DNA of 64,000 bases, from assembly GCA_965215195.1 (NCBI GenBank), contig CBDCDC010000002.1:4768001-4832000 (forward strand). The letters are read 5' to 3'. Source of the stretch: Candidatus Latescibacterota bacterium (GTDB lineage Bacteria > Latescibacterota > UBA2968 > UBA8231). Numbering within the stretch: position 1 is the stretch's first letter; each line of letters begins with the position of its first letter. Shown piece after piece: positions 1-9,934 of the stretch. Both the position numbers and the translations under genes were made by a program. The notes under the pieces were generated by a model. The model was not told where the DNA came from, did no database searches, and worked only from the letters and a program-made list of their open reading frames with translations.

Positions 1-1
1 C

Positions 2-673
2 TTGGCCGAGCGCATCATTTTCGGCTGGAGTCCAGTGACCAACATTTTGTATTTCATGGAGGAACGGTTCGACGACCTCTTTTACGGGACCATCGAAAAT
101 AATTTCGATACGGTTGAGGTAACCTTGGACTTCGACCACAGCGGCGACGCCATTTTCCAGAATGTCCAATCGGCGGATTTGGATCCGGAGAGGTGGGAAG
201 GGGCCCTATCCCAGAATTACCGCTACACGCTGCACCAAGAAAATCACATGTGGCTCTGGGGAGGAGCTCCATGGGCTGGAGTCGAGCCTTATTCTGGTGC
301 TAAATGGAGTTTTGAGGGTGATATCAACGGCGGTGCCGGGACCCTGTTCATGGAAATGTGGTTTACTCCCTTTGACGACCTGCCCACTAGCTCTACGGGC
401 ATAGAAGACGAAGATGTGATCGTCCACACTATGCAGGCAGGCGAAATCATGGGTATTGGTTTTGCCGTTCAGGACGATGACGACGGTGCCGAAGGTTCGT
501 ACAACGGCTACTGGACCAATAGCGGCGACACGGAAATCTATTTCAAAGCTACCGCTATGGTTGACTATGTCCTGCTCCCCTTTGATGAGAGCATCTGGGT
601 AGCGGGTGAAGACGTGGGAACTGCTGTCGAGTCGGATAGCTGGGGGAACATCAAGGCGAGTTTTTCCCGCTAA
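2..673 (+). CDS. 5'-truncated acidic secreted protein, CBM9/DOMON-like sugar-binding fold, with C-terminal 'TAVESDSWGNIKASF' motif
   Basis: Open from window edge; GEIMGIGFAVQDDDDG resembles CBM9-like domains; C-terminal AVExxSWGxIK motif; followed by terminator. Confidence 0.6.
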   Translation: MAERIIFGWSPVTNILYFMEERFDDLFYGTIENNFDTVEVTLDFDHSGDAIFQNVQSADLDPERWEGALSQNYRYTLHQENHMWLWGGAPWAGVEPYSGAKWSFEGDINGGAGTLFMEMWFTPFDDLPTSSTGIEDEDVIVHTMQAGEIMGIGFAVQDDDDGAEGSYNGYWTNSGDTEIYFKATAMVDYVLLPFDESIWVAGEDVGTAVESDSWGNIKASFSR

Positions 674-703
674 GGAGAACAAGTAAGAGAACATGAGCAG
701 TTC

Positions 704-733
704 GGGGGCGAGGTTATCTTCGCCCCCTTTTTT
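704..733 (+). terminator. Rho-independent terminator
   Basis: GGGGGCGAGG-TTAT-CTTCGCCCCC stem (one G-U pair) followed by T6, 30 nt after the ORF1 stop. Confidence 0.85.
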
Positions 734-757
734 AATAATTTTGCCAAAGGATTGGGC

Positions 758-2707
758 ATGCTTTCACCTAAGTCAATTGGGTTCCTGTTACTCGCGTTGC
801 TAGGTGTTGGTCTCTGCTCTCAAAATGTCTCCGGCGTGGTCATTTATAGAATTGGCACGCCTTTTTCAATATCAGAAAAAGACAGCCTTGAAGGTCTCGG
901 CATCGACTTCAGGGAAATCGACTGGTCGGCCTCCCAACTACAGGATGGCCTCGATCTGGACTCTTTGCCGACTGGTTCACTGCAACCTAACTACTTTGAT
1001 GAGGACGAAGACATCGCCGCGACCCTACTGAGCAGGGGTGGCTGGGTACGGGTGCGGCTTTTCGCCAATCAAAATCAACTTATTGGAGAGGTCTTGGTCG
1101 ATGGCGATCCGACTACAGCCCTCATGTGGCCAGCCGTAGCTCCAGAGAGCTTTCAGGTGGGCACGGCTCGGACCCTCAGTGAACAATTGACTTTTGATTT
1201 AGGCGGGCGATTTCTCATCCGGGAAGTGAGATTCCGCCCTCTGGCGGAAAAGCCAGAGCACTTTTTGGAGCGGCTCTCCATTGGCACTCTCGATAGGAGG
1301 TTGGTCAATATTGGCAACAGAATGTCCAATCTCCCGACCGTAGCCGAAGTAAAAGAAAATACCGAACCTGAAGTCAGCGTGATTTTAGACCCGCCGATAT
1401 CGACTCAAACGGTCCAATTACTGATTTTTCGCGACACCCCCAAGGAAATAGGGCTCGCCGATTTTGAACTCTACGGCGGTGGTTTCTTAGCCCGATCCTC
1501 GTATGAGTCCGAAGTAGTCGATCTAGGCAATCCGGCCAGTTGGGGCGAGATTCGCTGGTCGGGCCGGCAAGATACGGACGCCCGAATCGATATCCGCACC
1601 CGGACGGGAACAGACCCACATCCCGATATTTTTTGGCAGTTGCGACCCGAGCAGCGAGACAGCGTACAATTTCGCGATGGCGGTGGCGACTTGACCCTGA
1701 GCGAATACAAGCACCGCTACAGCAAGCTGCTCGATGTCCTCAAGCCGGTAGAACCCCGGGATAGAGTGAGCCCGGATACGGAAAACTGGAGTTTCTGGTC
1801 CAGTCCCTATCTATTTGAAAACTCGGGGACTAGCATCGTTTCCCCTAGTCCGCGCCAATTTTTACAACTCAAAGTAGATTTCTTTTCCACAGTCGAGGAT
1901 GGAGGCAAGATCGATTATGTCGAGTTTAAGGCCTCAGTTCCGCCGGCCGTGCATGGCCTGGTGGGAGAGATTTTCCCGGTGGATACCCAAGTGGGGCAAG
2001 CGACGCATTTCACTTACTTCATCCGGCCGACCATCCGGGCCGGCGACACGGGCTTTGACGGCGTGGAGATTTCCACGCCCTCGGGGGTGACTTCAGTCGA
2101 TTCGCTACGCATAGACGGCATCAACTACAACGACTTTATCTGGGCAAGAACCGCGGATGGCCTAGGTTTTGAGATCGGCTTTCCGCGCAAGCTGGAACCG
2201 ACCGACAGCGGGGCCCTGATCGAGGTGGTGTTCAACGCGCCAGTGCTGCGGGAAGTGGGCACACTGTTTACTGGTAAAGTGTTCAATAGCGCCGAGCCGA
2301 ACGAGGTGCGTCAACGCATCAACCCAGGCAATGCCGCCGACGAGATTGAGAGCGACGGGATTGCAGTGAAAACATCGCTGAGCAGTTCACTGGTATTTGC
2401 ACCGCAGATTGGTCCCAATCCCTTTACGCCCAACGGCGATGCCCTCAACGATGTGGTGCATATTTCCTATAAACTCTTGCGGGTGACATCTCAGATTCCC
2501 GTCTCGGTGGAAATTTTCGATTTGTCCGGCCGGCTAGTTAAGCAAATATACGCCGGGGACATTTCCATCGGAGAGTATTCTCACCCTTGGGATGGGACAG
2601 ACCACTCCAACCGGCTGGTATCCCCGGGACTCTACTTGTATCGAATAGCGGTAGACATCCAATCAGAAGAGGGCATCAAAGGCGGCGTTATCGCCGTGGC
2701 CTATTGA
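758..2707 (+). CDS. Secreted protein with discoidin-like region and C-terminal FlgD-Ig/gliding-motility (T9SS type B-like) domain, paralog 1
   Basis: Signal-peptide-like N-terminus; PNPFTPNGDALND...IFDLSGRLV...WDGTD...PGLY; ATG 758 preferred over TTG 752. Confidence 0.75.
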   Translation: MLSPKSIGFLLLALLGVGLCSQNVSGVVIYRIGTPFSISEKDSLEGLGIDFREIDWSASQLQDGLDLDSLPTGSLQPNYFDEDEDIAATLLSRGGWVRVRLFANQNQLIGEVLVDGDPTTALMWPAVAPESFQVGTARTLSEQLTFDLGGRFLIREVRFRPLAEKPEHFLERLSIGTLDRRLVNIGNRMSNLPTVAEVKENTEPEVSVILDPPISTQTVQLLIFRDTPKEIGLADFELYGGGFLARSSYESEVVDLGNPASWGEIRWSGRQDTDARIDIRTRTGTDPHPDIFWQLRPEQRDSVQFRDGGGDLTLSEYKHRYSKLLDVLKPVEPRDRVSPDTENWSFWSSPYLFENSGTSIVSPSPRQFLQLKVDFFSTVEDGGKIDYVEFKASVPPAVHGLVGEIFPVDTQVGQATHFTYFIRPTIRAGDTGFDGVEISTPSGVTSVDSLRIDGINYNDFIWARTADGLGFEIGFPRKLEPTDSGALIEVVFNAPVLREVGTLFTGKVFNSAEPNEVRQRINPGNAADEIESDGIAVKTSLSSSLVFAPQIGPNPFTPNGDALNDVVHISYKLLRVTSQIPVSVEIFDLSGRLVKQIYAGDISIGEYSHPWDGTDHSNRLVSPGLYLYRIAVDIQSEEGIKGGVIAVAY

Positions 2708-2754
2708 TTTTTAATCGCCCCTTAGGGGAGTAAATACGTGGGAGACCCAATGCC

Positions 2755-5394
2755 ATGGCATGGCAGAGAACATTCAAGCTGGTGAGCACTAGCTTGGTCT
2801 GTCTCTTAGGTAGGATGGTGGCTTGGGGGCAAGAGGGCTTTTCTATCCAAGACAGCGCGGCTGTCATCGAGTCTAGGGATCACTGGGCTCGTTGGCAGTC
2901 GGTGGCAAAGACCGTCCAGATCACCGCGGAGGGCGTAAAACCAGCTTTTATACGCAAAAGTACCCAGCTCGAAATAGATGGCGTTGAACAGGTAGTCCCC
3001 GGCATTAACGCGGTCTTGAATGCCTCCGAGTTCGGCGGCGGGATATGGGATGCCGGCTCCAATCGCTTGAGCGCAGACAACCTCATGGACGGCAGGATGG
3101 ACACCTACTGGGAGCCGGATACTTCTACCCCCCTTAGGGATTGGTGGGTGCAAATCGATTTAGGGCGGGCCGTATCAGCCAATAAGATCGTCCTCAAGTT
3201 TGTCGGGGAGGATTTGGGAGACCCCTTTCTCCAATTTAAGGTCCTCACCTCTCAGGGGGAGACGATCATCGGCCCGCTGGTGTACAGGAAACGCTTCTCA
3301 ACGAACAAGCCCATCAAGAATGAACGGGTCTTTGAAGTCGATCTGACCCGCCAGTTGCCCACCAAATGGACACAGGTGCGCGGGGATTTTACCGGCGATG
3401 TGATCCGGTTCGTCTCGGTCGGCGTCACGGACAGCGACTTTGGCAAGGCAAGACCTGTTTCCCAGTCCGCTTACGAGGGCCTCGACCCGGACCAACAGGG
3501 CGATATAGAGTACTTCCGCCGAGAAACCTCGGGAAGGCTGAGATTGTTGGAGGGACGCGAGGATTGGGAGGCCTTGGCCGGCGGAGACAGTCAGGGTCCT
3601 GTCGTCTACTATCGCCGCGAGTTGCCCCGATTGGCGGAAGTGGAAGTCTGGTCAATCGGCGACAATATCGGCATTGGCGTACTGGAGCGGGGTGGCAAGG
3701 TAACGAGTTGGGAAAACAACGGTGCTGAGGGTGTGGTGGTAGACGGAGTAATCTATAGTGTAGAAAAGGCGTTGTACTGGCCTGCTCAAGGGGGGTACAA
3801 TCCCGATAGGCTGCTGCCTTCGGAGCCACCCGATGTCGAGCGTGCCTTAGTGGTGGATCTGGGAGGGGCCTTCTTCTTAGACAATATCCGCGTACTCCAA
3901 GCCAGCAGTAGCCCCCCTGGGCCTTTTCGCGCCTACCGCATTGAAGTCTCGGATGGCTCCACCAACGCCGGCGGAAGTCTGGCCTGGCAAACAGTAGGGT
4001 CGATCGACCACATCAACGGAAATGAATCGTACCACGATTTTAAGTTTCCGCTCACCAAAGTCGAGCATTTTTCTTTTACCTATAAACTCCATGTAGGGGC
4101 CGGACGCCACGGCTTGTCAGAGATTCAGTTTTTCGGCGAGGGATACATGCCCAAGGCGCGGCTCGAATCGGTCTTTGACGGCCCTTCGGCGTTCATAGAA
4201 TTAGGGGCCACTCCCCAAAATTTGGCGTCTATAGAATGGGATGCGGATAGGCCGCCGGGCACGGATATTATTCTTCAGACCCGGACCGGCAATACGGTCA
4301 AAACTACTACGCTCTATTACAAAAAGAACGGTGAGTTGTTTCCGGGCACCGAAGAAGAAGCAGCGGAAGCGCACGCTACGGACAAAAAGTTCTTTGGGGA
4401 TGCCTCTGTTGGACCCGTCGTTACCCAGACCAACCCGGGCAGCGACTGGAGTGGTTGGAGTCAACGCTATTTTAATTCGGGAGACAAAATCACCTCGCCC
4501 AGTCCGCGTAAATTCGTCGCCATCCGAGCGACCTTTCTCACGGAAAATCCCCTCGTGGCGGCTACACTCCGTTGGGTAAAACTCAACTTTGTAACGCCAG
4601 TCGCCAAAACAGTTGTTGGCGAGGTGCTGCCCGCTCAACTCGAAGTGATTGGCGCTGAGCAATCGTTTTCCTATTTCATCCGCACGACTTTCGAGCCAAC
4701 CAACGAGGGCTTTGACGAGATTCTCATTGAAGCTCCCCCCGGCGTCAAAATGAAATTCAAGCAAGCCCATGTGGACCTCACAGGGCAGCCGACTCAAACC
4801 TATACCGCCCAAAGCGAGGGTTTTGAGGTCGTGTCTGATGATTCCGATTCGCTTTGGGTGCGTCTGCCTGTTCCCATCAAGGGGACCGACGGGGCTGCGT
4901 TGATCGAGCTTCAGTTCAAGGCGACCATATTTGATTTTACCACATTCTTCAATGGCTCTATCGGCCATTCTTCCATTCCCAATTCATGGCAAAGAGTGGA
5001 CCCGGGCGATGCAAACGAGATCACGGATAGCGAAAAAACCGTGATCTTGGCCCTTGAAAGAGGTGCAGTACTGGGGGATATCGAAGTCAAAAACAAAATC
5101 TTCACCCCGAATGGCGACGGCATCAATGATGATATGGCTGTGAGTCTTTCACTCATGCGGGTGGAGTCATCAACGCCGTTACAGATGCAAATATACGATC
5201 TAAGTGGGCGTCTCGTTCACCAACTGCGCGATGAGGACATAACCACGGGACGGCATTCCGCGGTCTGGACCGGAGTCGATAACTCCGGAGCTTTGGTGGC
5301 CCCTGGCATATATGTGCTGAGGATCAACATTAAGGTCGATTCAAAATCGAGTAGAAATACCTCGGACTACCGCTTAGTACATGTCTCCTATTGA
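2755..5394 (+). CDS. Secreted protein with F5/8 discoidin-like domains and C-terminal FlgD-Ig/T9SS type B-like domain, paralog 2
   Basis: NLMDGRMDTYW...WWVQIDLG (F5/8-like); IFTPNGDGIND...IYDLSGRLV...WTGVD...PGIY. Confidence 0.75.
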   Translation: MAWQRTFKLVSTSLVCLLGRMVAWGQEGFSIQDSAAVIESRDHWARWQSVAKTVQITAEGVKPAFIRKSTQLEIDGVEQVVPGINAVLNASEFGGGIWDAGSNRLSADNLMDGRMDTYWEPDTSTPLRDWWVQIDLGRAVSANKIVLKFVGEDLGDPFLQFKVLTSQGETIIGPLVYRKRFSTNKPIKNERVFEVDLTRQLPTKWTQVRGDFTGDVIRFVSVGVTDSDFGKARPVSQSAYEGLDPDQQGDIEYFRRETSGRLRLLEGREDWEALAGGDSQGPVVYYRRELPRLAEVEVWSIGDNIGIGVLERGGKVTSWENNGAEGVVVDGVIYSVEKALYWPAQGGYNPDRLLPSEPPDVERALVVDLGGAFFLDNIRVLQASSSPPGPFRAYRIEVSDGSTNAGGSLAWQTVGSIDHINGNESYHDFKFPLTKVEHFSFTYKLHVGAGRHGLSEIQFFGEGYMPKARLESVFDGPSAFIELGATPQNLASIEWDADRPPGTDIILQTRTGNTVKTTTLYYKKNGELFPGTEEEAAEAHATDKKFFGDASVGPVVTQTNPGSDWSGWSQRYFNSGDKITSPSPRKFVAIRATFLTENPLVAATLRWVKLNFVTPVAKTVVGEVLPAQLEVIGAEQSFSYFIRTTFEPTNEGFDEILIEAPPGVKMKFKQAHVDLTGQPTQTYTAQSEGFEVVSDDSDSLWVRLPVPIKGTDGAALIELQFKATIFDFTTFFNGSIGHSSIPNSWQRVDPGDANEITDSEKTVILALERGAVLGDIEVKNKIFTPNGDGINDDMAVSLSLMRVESSTPLQMQIYDLSGRLVHQLRDEDITTGRHSAVWTGVDNSGALVAPGIYVLRINIKVDSKSSRNTSDYRLVHVSY

Positions 5395-5419
5395 TCTTCT
5401 GCGATTCGCGAGGAACAGG

Positions 5420-7144
5420 TTGAACAAACCCCCGTTGCTCAAGACCGCGTTATTGGCGTTTTCTTGTCTATTGCAGGGACTTGCGCCGGCCCAAGGCTAT
5501 GGGGAGCCGATTGTCATTGGAGGCGGTCTAGGTACTCTAGCGTGGGATGGCCATTATTCCGAGATATCGGTTATCGATTTTGACGCCAATCCCGGCCAAA
5601 TTCAGCCGGCTCAGACAGGTCCCGAAGACAATATCGCCCTGAAGATATTTGAAAGAGGAGGGGCCGTAACATCGCCCAACGCGAGAATAGTACTCGAAAT
5701 ATCCCAGAGTCTTTTGAATGAACAATTGGCGCATATGGTGAGCGGCGATACGACTAGGGCCTTTGAAGTAAAGGGGGGTTCCCCTACAGGCGTCATATTT
5801 AGAATAGATTTGGGCGAGCGCTTGGGGGTCAATCGGATCAAATTTTTCCCTCGGAAGGGGTTTGAAGAGTTTCTCCTGAAAGGCTATGAACTGCTGCTGA
5901 ACGACGGCAGCGAGGAGCAGAAAACCCTAGCCGGGACGCCGGACTTCAAGGTTTTTAGAACCGAGGAACGCAACCTCGAGCCAACTGTTGACCTAGACGT
6001 TCCCCTGCAGTTTGTTCGTTTCATAGAGGTGAAGCAACTGGTGCGCGGAGAGTGGGAGATCGACGAATTTCAAGTCTTTGGTGCGGGTTTTGCCTCTACG
6101 GCATCATATACCTCAAGAGTATTTGCTCAGGAACAGCCCGCTATCTTTGGCGACATAACATGGGCTAGGGGGAGCATCGGCGAACCAACGAAAACGGATG
6201 CCATCCTATTGACTCGGAGTGGCAACACACCAGATCCCAGCGATTCGCTGTCTTGGAGCGCTTGGTCCTCCCCCTATCCTGCCGGAGTGCATACCGCTAT
6301 TGAATCACCAGCTCCGCGTCGTTTTTTTCAATTCCATTTACTCCTTAAGACCAGCGATATTCTAGCGGCGGCGACCGTTGACTCCCTCGCCTTTGAGGTG
6401 TCTCCTGCCCTAGCCGATTCGCTGGTGGGCGAGATATGGCCCCAAAATGCTATGATCGGGCAGAATACCTCCTTTACCTATGCCGTGAGAACCGTCAATA
6501 GCCGCGGCTTCAACCGGCTCGAACTAAAGACTATGGCACCGGTAGATGTAGTGCGCTCCGTGCAAATAGACGGGACCGATGTCGAATGGGAAAAGACGGA
6601 TACAGAGGACGGGGCCCAAATTAGCTTCCCCCGGATTGTGGGAAACCGCACCTTGCGAGTGGTCTTTGAGAACGTGGCTTTGCAGTACAATACTTTTTTT
6701 GCCGGCAGAGTCTCCGATAGCCAACAACCGGACAATCTGTCCCAAGTAGTCACCGAGGGAGATGCAGTCTCTGATTTCGCGGCGCAGGGGGATGACCTTT
6801 CGGTCGAGATCGCGGTGGGCAAAGACCTCATTCATTCCATGAAAGTGACTCCCGTTCCTTTTACTCCCAACGGCGATGGCCTAAATGATGAAGTTTTGGT
6901 GACCTACGACATCGTCAACCTGACAGGTGGTGCTTTGGTTGCGGTGGCGATATACGATCTTGCTGGAAGACGTATAAAGGAGATCTATTCAGGGTTGGCT
7001 CCCAGTAGGAGATACCAAAGGGCTTGGGATGGGACGGCTGAGAGCGGTGCCAAGGTGCTACCCGGAATCTATTTGATGCGAGTGGAAATTGATGCAGATT
7101 CAGGATTCGAGAGTAAGACGAAAATTGTCCCAATAGTCTATTGA
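5420..7144 (+). CDS. Secreted protein with C-terminal FlgD-Ig/T9SS type B-like domain, paralog 3
   Basis: PFTPNGDGLND...IYDLAGRRI...WDGT...PGIY; start probably TTG 5420 after GAGGA (ORF is open from 5381). Confidence 0.7.
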   Translation: MNKPPLLKTALLAFSCLLQGLAPAQGYGEPIVIGGGLGTLAWDGHYSEISVIDFDANPGQIQPAQTGPEDNIALKIFERGGAVTSPNARIVLEISQSLLNEQLAHMVSGDTTRAFEVKGGSPTGVIFRIDLGERLGVNRIKFFPRKGFEEFLLKGYELLLNDGSEEQKTLAGTPDFKVFRTEERNLEPTVDLDVPLQFVRFIEVKQLVRGEWEIDEFQVFGAGFASTASYTSRVFAQEQPAIFGDITWARGSIGEPTKTDAILLTRSGNTPDPSDSLSWSAWSSPYPAGVHTAIESPAPRRFFQFHLLLKTSDILAAATVDSLAFEVSPALADSLVGEIWPQNAMIGQNTSFTYAVRTVNSRGFNRLELKTMAPVDVVRSVQIDGTDVEWEKTDTEDGAQISFPRIVGNRTLRVVFENVALQYNTFFAGRVSDSQQPDNLSQVVTEGDAVSDFAAQGDDLSVEIAVGKDLIHSMKVTPVPFTPNGDGLNDEVLVTYDIVNLTGGALVAVAIYDLAGRRIKEIYSGLAPSRRYQRAWDGTAESGAKVLPGIYLMRVEIDADSGFESKTKIVPIVY

Positions 7145-7183
7145 TTATTCCCATTTTTATCTGAAAGCTAGGGTGGAACTATC

Positions 7184-9895
7184 ATGCTGACCTGCCATAT
7201 TTGCAGCAATGTAACGCGCGGTATTAGTCTAGCTACTATAGTTTGCTCCTTACTCTCGTCCACGTTAGCTTTCGACGCCGACGCACAAGCCCAAGATGTC
7301 GATCCGATGCGTATAAAAGGTGTGCGCCGAGGGGCGGAACTCACCTTTGAACCAACTGGATCCGGTGTGCTGTTTGGTGCCTTGGACCCGGCGGTCAAGA
7401 AGTGGTACGTACCGCAAGAACTTTTCCTAGAATACCGCTGGAAACAGTGGGAATACACCAACTACGCTAGGGATCACTACGACCGCTACGTGGATATCAA
7501 TTTAGCTGGGGATTATTTCTACGATATTTACGGTTCCTATATCACTAGGGGATGGTTGCTTTACGACTGGTCCCAGACGCAGCCACAGCAAGGGGGCAGC
7601 AATTTATTCAAGACCGAGAGATTCCAAAACTTTTTCAACAATTTGGTCATTGCCTCCGATCAGAAGGGGCAGCACAACTTGGCCATAACCATAGGCAATG
7701 AGATCCGTTCGACCCTTACCCCAATGACTTTCTCAAAACCAGCCTTGGACGGAATCCAGGTGGACTACCAAGCCGACAAATACCAAGTCACGACAATCCT
7801 TTCTCGGATCTCTGCCCCCGGCGGATCCGGTCCTCGCAACCCTGCGGTCAACCAAACGACTAGCCTGACAACGCTGATGGGTGGGCGGGCCGTGGCCCAA
7901 GTGGGCGATTTCATCAGCATCGGGGCCAACTATGTAAGTGCCCACAATTCCTTTCAACTCTTAGATGCCTTTGAAGGAACCCCCAGAAGTGGTTCGATCA
8001 CTTCTAGTCAAAACGCTGAAAATATCACCCAGCTTTTCGTCCGTCTGACCGACGATTCGCCCGAAGATAAAGAAGGCGGCGCTACCCTCTTCGCTTGGGA
8101 TATGATCATAGAGGCCGACGTCGAAATCATTGATGAAGAGGGGGAACGGGCGTTTAGTCGAGAGGTTGTCCGGGCCAGCGAGGCCGGTCTCAAGCCCTCG
8201 CCTCAGGGCGGCTTTCAGCGCTCGGGTTTCTGGGAAGCCAGCGGTTCTGAGCAGATCGAATTAGTATACGACTTTTCCGAGGGAACCTACACCGGCCCCG
8301 ACCCCTCGGAGATAAGAAAGGTGACTTTTGAACTAGTGGTTGCCAACGACTACAGAATCGAGCTGTCTTCGAACCGCCAGACTAACCGGCAAAACAGCAA
8401 CGTGTTTCTGCTAGCGGCCAGAGCCCAAGAAAACGTCAAAGATGGCTCCAATCTCAGAGTCCTCAAGATCCCGTACGGTTTGCCGACCGCCAGCGAAATT
8501 TTCGGTTTCACTCTGGAGGCGAACAATATTGCGGGTCTTGATTTTTACGGCGAATTCGACCGCAGTAGGAGTTACCGAAAATACCCCAACAGGCAGCATA
8601 CAAAACACCTGTCGGCTTTTGACCAAGGCGATGGCTGGATGTTGAATCTGTCGAGAACCGTCCAGCCATGGTTCTTTTTTGGCGAGGCTTACAGTATGGA
8701 CCACAATTATAATACAAGCGCTATCTTGGCCCGGGGCGAGGTCAACATAGATTACGAGGACCGGACGAGATTCTACTACGAACTCGTCGACGACAACGAC
8801 GATCAGGATCGCTACCCCGATTGGCAGAGGATAAACGAAAGCATCGACTTGAATGTATTCCCCGGCTTGGATGAAAACGTCGATTTTATCTCCGATTTTA
8901 ATCAGAACGACAGCGAAGATCTGCCCAACTTAGTGCCTGACTACAACGAGCCTTTTCTGCGCTATTCTACGGACCGACCCGAGTATCTGTTCGGCATAGA
9001 TATGAACAATAATATATGGGTAGACCGGTTCGAAAACGATGATGAAGCAGATTTTCCCTATGGTCGAGATTTAAGCGGGTACAATTTTTATGCGGGCATC
9101 AACATTACTCCAGAGATGAGGTTGACGATCGGCCGCACCGACGAAAGTCTCATTGCCGGTGATGGAGAAAATACCACCCATTATTTGCTTTTTACCCTAG
9201 AAAAGGACTATCCCGGCCTAGGAAGGGTGAGGATTTTTGAGAATTTTAGACTGGCCAAGGACAATATAGAGAATGACCTCCGCCAGTGGGACGAATTCGA
9301 GCGGCGAAACGTCCCTACCATTGACCCTCTGGCGGCCCGGAATACGTGGATAAATTCGTCCTATATAAGCTTCCGCTATACCAAGCTGAAGAATCTAAAT
9401 CTGATCAACAAGCTGAAATACGACCGCTGGCATCAAAGGGAAAGACAGCCCGACTTGCGACGCGACTTCGTCTTTGTGGGCCTGATCAATAAAGTGGACT
9501 ATGTCCTCAAATTCATTAATCTCGATATCCAGCCCAAAATTAAAAACGAATTGAGGATAGAGTCTCCAGCACTTAAAGCAAATCCCAAACGCAGGGAAGA
9601 CACCCTGATTTTTACTTTACTGGCCCGGTGGCCATTATTTAATAACTCCACGATGCAGGCAGGCGTGGAGTATACCGTTTTCCAGCAGCTCAGAGATGCG
9701 GATACAGCGGTCAAGGAAGGGCTGCTAGACGACTTCAGTGAAATTGTGGGGGCGGCCCAGTTCTCCAATAATTCAAACTACTTGGGCTACAGTTTGACGA
9801 CCCTGATGGGACTCAGGCTGACTAGAAGAGCCATCGACAACGAAACCGAAACGGGCAGAATGGCTTTTGCCACGGTATTTGCCGGCTTGGAGTAA
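7184..9895 (+). CDS. Large exported hypothetical protein, probable outer-membrane beta-barrel with Ca-binding-like DxDxD loops
   Basis: Signal peptide ending AQA; alternating hydrophobic strands in the C-terminal third, ending TVFAGLE; DDNDDQDRYPD, DENVDFISD and DMNNNIWVD motifs. Confidence 0.55.
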   Translation: MLTCHICSNVTRGISLATIVCSLLSSTLAFDADAQAQDVDPMRIKGVRRGAELTFEPTGSGVLFGALDPAVKKWYVPQELFLEYRWKQWEYTNYARDHYDRYVDINLAGDYFYDIYGSYITRGWLLYDWSQTQPQQGGSNLFKTERFQNFFNNLVIASDQKGQHNLAITIGNEIRSTLTPMTFSKPALDGIQVDYQADKYQVTTILSRISAPGGSGPRNPAVNQTTSLTTLMGGRAVAQVGDFISIGANYVSAHNSFQLLDAFEGTPRSGSITSSQNAENITQLFVRLTDDSPEDKEGGATLFAWDMIIEADVEIIDEEGERAFSREVVRASEAGLKPSPQGGFQRSGFWEASGSEQIELVYDFSEGTYTGPDPSEIRKVTFELVVANDYRIELSSNRQTNRQNSNVFLLAARAQENVKDGSNLRVLKIPYGLPTASEIFGFTLEANNIAGLDFYGEFDRSRSYRKYPNRQHTKHLSAFDQGDGWMLNLSRTVQPWFFFGEAYSMDHNYNTSAILARGEVNIDYEDRTRFYYELVDDNDDQDRYPDWQRINESIDLNVFPGLDENVDFISDFNQNDSEDLPNLVPDYNEPFLRYSTDRPEYLFGIDMNNNIWVDRFENDDEADFPYGRDLSGYNFYAGINITPEMRLTIGRTDESLIAGDGENTTHYLLFTLEKDYPGLGRVRIFENFRLAKDNIENDLRQWDEFERRNVPTIDPLAARNTWINSSYISFRYTKLKNLNLINKLKYDRWHQRERQPDLRRDFVFVGLINKVDYVLKFINLDIQPKIKNELRIESPALKANPKRREDTLIFTLLARWPLFNNSTMQAGVEYTVFQQLRDADTAVKEGLLDDFSEIVGAAQFSNNSNYLGYSLTTLMGLRLTRRAIDNETETGRMAFATVFAGLE

Positions 9896-9934
9896 TCTAC
9901 CCGTGCGCAGGAATGCAGAGGAGATATGAGCTAA

